Shown piece by piece: positions 1-4,301 of a DNA stretch of 5,835 bases. Location: IMG/VR virus record IMGVR_UViG_2671180758_000004; one strand, given 5' to 3'. Numbering within the stretch: position 1 is the stretch's first letter; every line of letters starts with the position of its first letter. The position numbers and the translations under genes are program-made. Under the pieces are notes generated by a model that saw nothing but the letters and a program-made list of their open reading frames with translations, was not told the origin of the DNA and searched no databases. This DNA comes from a virus. Taxonomy: Duplodnaviria; Heunggongvirae; Uroviricota; Caudoviricetes.

Positions 1-52
1 GGCGGCAGAGCAGTCACGGAGTAAAACTGATACCGCCAAACGTCACCAGAAA
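1..52 (-). ncRNA. dicF: DicF antisense sRNA, copy 1 (3' terminator U-tract lies beyond the left window edge)
   Basis: Minus-strand reading of 52..1 gives UUUCUGGUGACGUUUGGCGGUAUCAGUUUUACUCCGUGACUGCUCUGCCGCC, which I recognise from memory as DicF. It sits downstream of the ydfC-like gene as in the Qin dicB operon and is identical to copy 2 at 1633..1684. Confidence 0.75.
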
Positions 53-375
53 ATTGATAACAGAGGGCGTTGCAGCGGGGTTGTCACTTAAGCGTATGGT
101 CAACCTGACAACCCGGTGTCCTCAACGGGGGAAGGAATAACCCCGCCATACTTACCGCCGCGCCATTTCGCGGATTGCCACAACCGGAAGCGCACGGTCG
201 ACGAAAATTTAACGACAGGCTATCTATGAACCAGCTACCTCGCCGTGCGCTTTCGCGTTATGGTCTGACTTTTCATGGAAATATCCTTTCAGTAAACTGT
301 CAATGCCGGATGCTCACCCGTGTCCGGCGCACGCACTCCACCTCACCCGTGGAGAACTCCTTAATTACTAACCTT
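1..375. repeat. Direct repeat A1: DicF plus its upstream precursor/leader region (copy of 1633..2007)
   Basis: Positions 1..365 match 1633..1997 with only 2 mismatches (276 t vs 1908 g; 303 a vs 1935 g). Similarity decays over the next ~10 bp. The left boundary is not visible because the window starts inside the element. Confidence 0.9.
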
Positions 376-393
376 AGCTTTGTTGATTAGCTA

Positions 394-612
394 CTAACGC
401 GGGTATGTAATCATTCTGGCAATGCTTAATGCCGCTGCTTTTTCCAGATTGGTGATATCCTGCTCCAGAGCGGACAGATTTTCAGCCTGCTTAGCTCTGG
501 CTTCATTGGCCCATTTCAGATCCTGCGCTGCATTAATTTTCTGGTGCATCCACTCATAAAGTTCATCATCGGTATAGTCTGGCGCGATGATGACGGGTTC
601 TCGTTTCTGCAT
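394..612 (-). CDS. ydfC: YdfC-like small protein (72 aa), Qin dicB-operon type
   Basis: 72-aa ORF with GAGGA-type RBS upstream of the ATG at 612..610. Size and position (between the ydfB-like gene and the DicF leader) match the ydfA-ydfB-ydfC-dicF-dicB-ydfD operon order as I recall it. Confidence 0.75.
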   Translation of the reverse strand: MQKREPVIIAPDYTDDELYEWMHQKINAAQDLKWANEARAKQAENLSALEQDITNLEKAAALSIARMITYPR

Positions 613-641
613 ACTGATTCCTCGCGGTGCTGTTTCGCTTA

Positions 642-770
642 TCAGCCGTTAGATTTTGCCGAACTGGAAAGCGCCTGTTTAAATTCGTTGAAGCTGAGAG
701 CTTCTTCGCCTTCGGCAAGACCTTCGAAGTATTCTTCGTAAGCCTTTTCCATGATTGTGTCGAAATCCAT
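642..770 (-). CDS. ydfB: YdfB-like small protein (42 aa, MDFDTIMEKAYEEYFEGLAEGEEALSFNEFKQALSSSAKSNG)
   Basis: 42-aa ORF below the six-frame track threshold, found by manual translation. Its ATG at 770..768 lies 1 nt after the ydfA-like stop (TGAtATG), with a GGTGAG RBS-like stretch. The 42-aa size matches ydfB. Confidence 0.65.
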   Translation of the reverse strand: MDFDTIMEKAYEEYFEGLAEGEEALSFNEFKQALSSSAKSNG

Positions 771-771
771 A

Positions 772-1008
772 TCACTCACCTGAGTTTCTTTCCAGCCAGC
801 GACGGGCACCATTTTCGGTTTTAAACGTTTTGCTTTTGGTATACGTCATCGCGGTGAACGTACCGTCCTGGTTGGGAAACACGCCGTACACCAGAGATTC
901 GTTGTTGCCAAGATCGATAGTATCCATGTTGACCTCATTTCCCCTTAACGCCGGGGTAGCGGAACAAAAACCTGCTGCATAGTTATTAAAGTTGAACCCT
1001 GCCGTCAT
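772..1008 (-). CDS. ydfA: YdfA/YdaF-family (DUF1391-like) small protein, copy 1; 78 aa from ATG 1008, or 51 aa if translation starts at the internal ATG 927
   Basis: ORF conserved in two copies (see 2605..2838). The internal Met at 927..925 has a GAGG RBS 5 nt upstream and gives the 51-aa size I recall for ydfA/ydaF. The long form starts 9 nt downstream of a GAGG. Confidence 0.7.
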   Translation of the reverse strand: MTAGFNFNNYAAGFCSATPALRGNEVNMDTIDLGNNESLVYGVFPNQDGTFTAMTYTKSKTFKTENGARRWLERNSGE

Positions 1009-1063
1009 GTTCTTACGCCTCGGGCTGGCTACTTAACCCCTGACCACTGCCTGGTAACTCGAA
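796..1063. repeat. Direct repeat B1: ydfA-like gene plus 55-bp 5' leader (copy of 2626..2893)
   Basis: 930..1063 is 100% identical to 2760..2893 (134 bp), while 796..929 differs from 2626..2759 at 13 positions (~90%). Confidence 0.9.
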
Positions 1064-1080
1064 TTTATTACGGAACTGTT

Positions 1081-1272
1081 TTAAAGACCTGCCGGGATTT
1101 CGTTATTATCCTGGTGAATAACTTTATCGACCGGGTAACAGTTACCGGGAATTTTCTGTTCGGTTGCTGCAGTCACACACTCCTGCATTGTCCTGTGAAC
1201 ACTGACTGCAATATCAACTGGCTCTCCGGAAACAAGAAAAACTGTCAGAACAAGTGCAAATGCTGTATTCAT
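1081..1272 (-). CDS. ydfD: YdfD-like small lysis protein (63 aa) with N-terminal hydrophobic segment (MNTAFALVLTVFLVSG...)
   Basis: 63-aa ORF starting at ATG 1272..1270, which overlaps the dicB stop as ATGA (translational coupling). N-terminal hydrophobic helix. Size and position after dicB match ydfD. The longer 81-aa track ORF (to 1326) would overlap dicB and is less likely. Confidence 0.7.
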   Translation of the reverse strand: MNTAFALVLTVFLVSGEPVDIAVSVHRTMQECVTAATEQKIPGNCYPVDKVIHQDNNEIPAGL

Positions 1273-1457
1273 TGCCAGCATCCTTTTTGTATCGGACGTA
1301 AACGGGCCAGCATTGAAAGAATGCATATTTTATTTAATAGCTCCCGTTCGTGTTTTCTCTTGTTAATGGCATCTTCAGTAAATACAGGGTTACTGATAGT
1401 GACACCAATTTCAAAACAACCTTCAGACGTATTAACGTTTGGTAATAACGTTTCCAT
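1269..1457 (-). CDS. dicB: DicB cell-division inhibitor (62 aa)
   Basis: Translation METLLPNVNTSEGCFEIGVTISNPVFTEDAINKRKHERELLNKICILSMLARLRPIQKGCWQ closely matches my recollection of E. coli DicB. GAGGA RBS 7 nt upstream of ATG 1457..1455. The 97-aa track ORF is an upstream in-frame extension with no RBS. Confidence 0.9.
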   Translation of the reverse strand: METLLPNVNTSEGCFEIGVTISNPVFTEDAINKRKHERELLNKICILSMLARLRPIQKGCWQ

Positions 1458-1626
1458 TATCGCGTCCTCAACAATGAATTTTGTGATGTGGTGCCTGGTG
1501 CCTCCAGGTGACGTTAACCAGTTAACAATTAACGCCGGATACAGAGAATCCACCCATAACACTGTTTTTGGTTTTAACTGTTCCGCGTGCGCTCAGCCGC
1601 ATTCACCGCATCACAAAATTCACTTT

Positions 1627-1684
1627 AAAAACGGCGGCAGAGCAGTCACGGAGTAAAACTGATACCGCCAAACGTCACCAGAAA
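1627..1684 (-). ncRNA. dicF: DicF antisense sRNA, copy 2, complete with intrinsic terminator (GC-rich hairpin then U-tract = complement of 1627..1631)
   Basis: Minus strand 1684..1627 reads UUUCUGGUGACGUUUGGCGGUAUCAGUUUUACUCCGUGACUGCUCUGCCGCCGUUUUU. It lies between a ~320-bp leader and dicB, as expected for DicF. The exact 5' end (RNase E processed in the known system) is approximate. Confidence 0.8.
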
Positions 1685-2007
1685 ATTGATAACAGAGGGC
1701 GTTGCAGCGGGGTTGTCACTTAAGCGTATGGTCAACCTGACAACCCGGTGTCCTCAACGGGGGAAGGAATAACCCCGCCATACTTACCGCCGCGCCATTT
1801 CGCGGATTGCCACAACCGGAAGCGCACGGTCGACGAAAATTTAACGACAGGCTATCTATGAACCAGCTACCTCGCCGTGCGCTTTCGCGTTATGGTCTGA
1901 CTTTTCAGGGAAATATCCTTTCAGTAAACTGTCAGTGCCGGATGCTCACCCGTGTCCGGCGCACGCACTCCACCTCACCCGTGGAGAACTCCTTAATCAC
2001 CAACCCT
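1633..2007. repeat. Direct repeat A2: DicF plus upstream precursor/leader region (copy of 1..375)
   Basis: See A1. The right end of A2 abuts the RBS of the plus-strand 91-aa gene instead of a ydfC 3' end. Confidence 0.9.
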
Positions 2008-2019
2008 CAGGAGGGTGAA

Positions 2020-2295
2020 ATGTCGACTGAAAATGATGAAATCATTAACTCCCTGATACGCCAGATTAATAATTTTGATAAAGCATTGCAACATGCTGCG
2101 GCGCGTAGTGATATAACTCTTTTAGCAATTTCATTTCTTGCATCTGTTATGGATAAAAATGAAGTCGTACGACAGAGTCTTGTTGATTATATCGACTCGC
2201 TTCAACCCGGCACTTTCAATCATGAGAGCTTCAATCATGAGAAAGAGCATGTTAAGTCTGTAATTAATTCTCTTATTTTGAATCAAAAGAATTAA
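2020..2295 (+). CDS. Hypothetical acidic small protein (91 aa), AT-rich cargo gene; function unknown
   Basis: ATG at 2020 preceded by a strong RBS, AGGAGG at 2009..2014 with 5-nt spacing. ORF ends TAA at 2293..2295 and is followed by an intrinsic terminator at 2323..2350. Local GC content is visibly lower than in flanking repeats. One short hydrophobic stretch (ITLLAISFLASVM), no clear transmembrane pair. Confidence 0.7.
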   Translation: MSTENDEIINSLIRQINNFDKALQHAAARSDITLLAISFLASVMDKNEVVRQSLVDYIDSLQPGTFNHESFNHEKEHVKSVINSLILNQKN

Positions 2296-2593
2296 TGCTT
2301 TTTGTTGCAAAGTAATTTTCAAGGGGTTCTATTCGAATCCCTTTCTTTTTCATTAACAAGCCAAACCCCTTATCAATGATGTCCATTAGATCCAGGAAGT
2401 ATTTTTCATGTAAATCCTGGTTATCAGAGAGCTGCTTCTCTTCGTACAGCCCGATAAAGGCTCGGCGTACGTTACCGGATATATTGTCGATGGTTTCTTT
2501 TTCTACGGTACTCAGGTCAAGAGTCGCCAGTTGAGAGCGAACCACATTCGATGCCATTTCCTGGAATGGTACTGGTAAATCTTTAAATTCCAT
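2273..2593 (-). CDS. Hypothetical acidic protein (106 aa from ATG 2593; 110 aa if started at ATG 2605 overlapping the ydfA-like stop as TGATG); function unknown
   Basis: Long ORF in AT-rich DNA immediately downstream of ydfA-like copy 2. A GAGG RBS lies 6 nt before ATG 2593. Its 3' end overlaps the convergent 91-aa gene by 23 bp. No family recognised by eye. Confidence 0.6.
   Translation of the reverse strand: MEFKDLPVPFQEMASNVVRSQLATLDLSTVEKETIDNISGNVRRAFIGLYEEKQLSDNQDLHEKYFLDLMDIIDKGFGLLMKKKGIRIEPLENYFATKSINSFDSK
2323..2350 (+). terminator. Rho-independent terminator for the plus-strand 91-aa gene
   Basis: Stem GGGGTTC (2323..2329) pairs with GAATCCC (2335..2341) as 7 bp including one G-U pair, with a 5-nt loop, followed by TTTCTTTTT (2342..2350). 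On the minus strand the hairpin would be followed by A's, so it is unidirectional. Confidence 0.6.
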
Positions 2594-2604
2594 CGTCAAC
2601 CTCA

Positions 2605-2838
2605 TCAGTCAGTGTTTCTGGTTAACCAGCGACGCGCGCCAGCTTCAGTTTTAAACGTTTTGCTTCTGGTATATGTCATCGCGGTAAACGTGCCGTCCTG
2701 GTTGGGAAACACGCCGCATACCAGAGATTCGTTGTTGCCAAGCTCGATAGTATCCATGCTGACCTCATTTCCCCTTAACGCCGGGGTAGCGGAACAAAAA
2801 CCTGCTGCATAGTTATTAAAGTTGAACCCTGCCGTCAT
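2605..2838 (-). CDS. ydfA: YdfA/YdaF-family (DUF1391-like) small protein, copy 2; 77 aa from ATG 2838, or 50 aa from internal ATG 2757
   Basis: Paralogue of 772..1008 with 6 amino-acid differences plus a divergent C-terminus. First gene downstream of the predicted early-left promoter, the position ydfA occupies relative to dicA in Qin. Confidence 0.7.
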   Translation of the reverse strand: MTAGFNFNNYAAGFCSATPALRGNEVSMDTIELGNNESLVCGVFPNQDGTFTAMTYTRSKTFKTEAGARRWLTRNTD

Positions 2839-2893
2839 GTTCTTACGCCTCGGGCTGGCTACTTAACCCCTGACCACTGCCTGGTAACTCGAA
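2626..2893. repeat. Direct repeat B2: ydfA-like gene plus 55-bp leader (copy of 796..1063)
   Basis: See B1. Confidence 0.9.
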
Positions 2894-2935
2894 GTATTGC
2901 CCTGCATTCTGTGGGGTGGGGTGGGTGGCAGGTAT

Positions 2936-2980
2936 ATAATGTACTTTGCGTTCATTGTTGTAAAGTACTTTTAGTACATT
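2936..2980 (-). promoter_or_regulatory. Predicted early-left (dicB-operon type) promoter with flanking GTAC-centred operator half-sites
   Basis: On the minus strand: -35 TTTACA (2964..2959), 17-bp spacer, -10 CATTAT (2941..2936). AATGTACT at 2938..2945 overlaps the -10, its inverted copy AGTACATT is at 2973..2980, and the palindrome AAAGTACTTT is at 2962..2971. Sequence-only prediction. Confidence 0.45.
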
Positions 2981-3054
2981 CTGTGTGTAAAAAAATGAGA
3001 TGGGATAAAGTGAAGCACAAACCCGGAGGAAGGCGCTACCGGATTTATGCTGGT

Positions 3055-3474
3055 TTAAGAGGCTTTTTGTTTTTTCTTTCGTGCTAACTCTTCGTAAATT
3101 GCATTGTACTTCTGTTTTTTCTCTTCAAGAGTTTTTAAAAGTTCATCTGTCTCACTGTCAGGGAGCTCGTCCAGAAGGTCAATGATGATTTTTTGTCTTG
3201 GATTTAACTCCTGATAGAAACGTACCTGTCCACTTTCTTCTGTATCCTCTCCCAAAAGATAGGTTGGTGTTGTTCCTATTAGTGTTGCTAATTCCCTTAA
3301 TTTCTCCCGGCGAGGAATTGTTTCGCCATTAAACCATTTGCTAACCGCTTTTGGTGTTAATTTCATTCGACGGGCAATTTCTGCCTGCCTTCCATGTTGT
3401 TCATAACCAGCATTTTCACAGGCTAGCGCAAGCCTACTGGCGAACTCTTTACGCGCTTTATCTTCATGAACCAT
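3055..3474 (-). CDS. Prophage repressor, XRE-family HTH (RacR/DicA-like, 139 aa), no S24 peptidase domain apparent
   Basis: N-terminal HTH-like segment (QAEIARRMKLTPKAVSKWFNGETIP), charged C-terminal helix, AT-rich codon usage. Divergent from a Cro-like gene and upstream of a dicB-type operon. Weak RBS, consistent with repressor genes. Confidence 0.85.
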   Translation of the reverse strand: MVHEDKARKEFASRLALACENAGYEQHGRQAEIARRMKLTPKAVSKWFNGETIPRREKLRELATLIGTTPTYLLGEDTEESGQVRFYQELNPRQKIIIDLLDELPDSETDELLKTLEEKKQKYNAIYEELARKKKQKAS

Positions 3475-3494
3475 AAGTTCAATGATATTCGCTC

Positions 3495-3529
3495 TTGAAT
3501 GTACTGTCAGTTCTGTTATAGCATGTACT
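3495..3529 (+). promoter_or_regulatory. Predicted rightward promoter for the Cro-like gene with operator-like AATGTACT / ATGTACT repeats
   Basis: -35 TTGAAT (3495..3500), 16-bp spacer, -10 TATAGC (3517..3522). AATGTACT at 3498..3505 and ATGTACT at 3523..3529 share the motif found at the leftward promoter. A small palindrome TCACAtTGTGA lies at 3536..3546. Confidence 0.45.
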
Positions 3530-3553
3530 CAAAGTTCACATTGTGAGGGTGAT

Positions 3554-3808
3554 ATGAACCAGAAAACACTTGAAGATGTAATCAAAACTGTTCGCGTTGC
3601 TGTTGTGGCCGACGTTTGTGGTGTCAGCCAAAGAGCAATCTATAAATGGATGGATAACGGAAAATTGCCTCGCACAGAATATACCGGCGAAACAAATTAC
3701 GCTGAAAAAATCGCTCTTGCATCAAACGGATTATTTTCTGCCGATGCAATTTTAACTATTGGCAGGAATAAAACTACTACGAAAAAGCTGATGGGAGTTG
3801 ATTCATGA
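3554..3808 (+). CDS. ydaS: Cro-like HTH protein (YdaS-like, 84 aa)
   Basis: ATG 3554 with GAGGG RBS at 3545..3549. HTH-like segment VADVCGVSQRAIYKWMDNG. Divergent from the repressor. Its stop overlaps the next start as ATGA. The 108-aa track ORF from 3482 would begin inside the repressor start region without an RBS. Confidence 0.75.
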   Translation: MNQKTLEDVIKTVRVAVVADVCGVSQRAIYKWMDNGKLPRTEYTGETNYAEKIALASNGLFSADAILTIGRNKTTTKKLMGVDS

Positions 3809-4230
3809 AAATCAAGCATGAACACATCCGCATGGCGATGAATGCCTGGGCGCATCCGGACGGCGAAAAAGTACCGGCTGCGAAAATTACCAAAGCATAT
3901 TTCGAGCTGGGAATGACGTTCCCGGAACTGTATGACGACAGCCATCCGGAAGCCCTGGCTCGCAATACTCAGAAAATTTTCCGCTGGGTGGAGAAAGACA
4001 CCCCTGATGCGGTTAAAAAAATTCAGGCGTTGTTACCAGCTATCGAAAAAGCAATGCCACCTCTGCTGGTGGCCCGAATGCGCAGTCATAGCTCAGCCTA
4101 TTTTCGGGAACTAGTGGAGACGCGGGAACGACTGGTGAGAGACGCTGATGATTTTGTCGCAGTGGCGATCGCTGGTTTCAACCAGATGAATCGTGGTGGC
4201 CCTGCAGGAAATATTGTGGCTGTGCATTGA
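3805..4230 (+). CDS. ydaT: YdaT-like protein (141 aa), CII-position gene of the Rac-type module
   Basis: ATG 3805 overlaps the ydaS-like stop (ATGA). Size and position match ydaT as I recall it. Sequence-level identity to K-12 YdaT is from memory and unverified. Confidence 0.7.
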   Translation: MKIKHEHIRMAMNAWAHPDGEKVPAAKITKAYFELGMTFPELYDDSHPEALARNTQKIFRWVEKDTPDAVKKIQALLPAIEKAMPPLLVARMRSHSSAYFRELVETRERLVRDADDFVAVAIAGFNQMNRGGPAGNIVAVH

Positions 4231-4301
4231 CTCGCAATATTCATACCGGATCACTTCCGGCAATTTGTGAGTAAAAAGATTCGGTATCAAAAGAGGTGAG
4301 T

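Noticed and set aside
175-390. 71-aa plus-strand ORF inside repeat A1
   Set aside because: Same frame as above: TTG start, no RBS, antisense to the DicF precursor leader. Conserved only because the DNA repeat is conserved.
544-824. Plus-strand ORFs 544..741 and 627..824 and minus-strand ORF 566..775
   Set aside because: They overlap the ydfC-like and ydfB-like genes in other frames or on the other strand. The ydfB/ydfC calls have RBSs, stop/start coupling and expected sizes.
755-982. Plus-strand ORFs antisense to both ydfA-like copies (755..982 and 2612..2812)
   Set aside because: Mirror ORFs of the conserved minus-strand gene with no RBS. The synonymous-rich substitution pattern supports the minus-strand frame.
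1009-1063. Lambda-like nutL (boxA/boxB) antitermination site in the conserved 55-bp ydfA leader
   Set aside because: No convincing boxA (CGCTCTTA-like) or boxB hairpin could be found by eye, and no N-like gene is evident. The perfect conservation of the leader is reported instead as an unexplained observation.
1114-1656. 180-aa plus-strand ORF
   Set aside because: Antisense to the well-supported dicB and ydfD genes and to the dicF-dicB spacer. Cys/His-rich low-complexity translation and no RBS.
1807-2295. 162-aa plus-strand ORF (MPQPEAHGRR...) that extends the 91-aa gene upstream; its length happens to match my recollection of Rac sieB
   Set aside because: The upstream 71 codons lie inside repeat A (the DicF leader). 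The ORF begins with TTG and has no RBS, and the paralogous frame in copy A1 (175..390) ends in a stop within divergent sequence. A strong AGGAGG RBS sits immediately before the internal ATG at 2020. The protein also lacks the two transmembrane helices expected of SieB.
2131-2322. 63-aa minus-strand ORF inside the 91-aa gene region
   Set aside because: Antisense to a gene with a strong RBS and terminator. AT-rich DNA readily produces spurious ORFs.
2911-2928. G-quadruplex at GTGGGGTGGGGTGGGTGG
   Set aside because: Only three runs of three or more G's plus a GG, so it is not a canonical four-tract G4. It lies at the predicted transcription start of the early-left operon and is more simply a G-rich initiation region. 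Noted only as a curiosity.
3482-3553. Upstream start for the Cro-like gene giving a 108-aa protein
   Set aside because: It would begin within the divergent repressor start region and promoter, with no RBS. ATG 3554 has a GAGGG RBS and the HTH begins shortly after.
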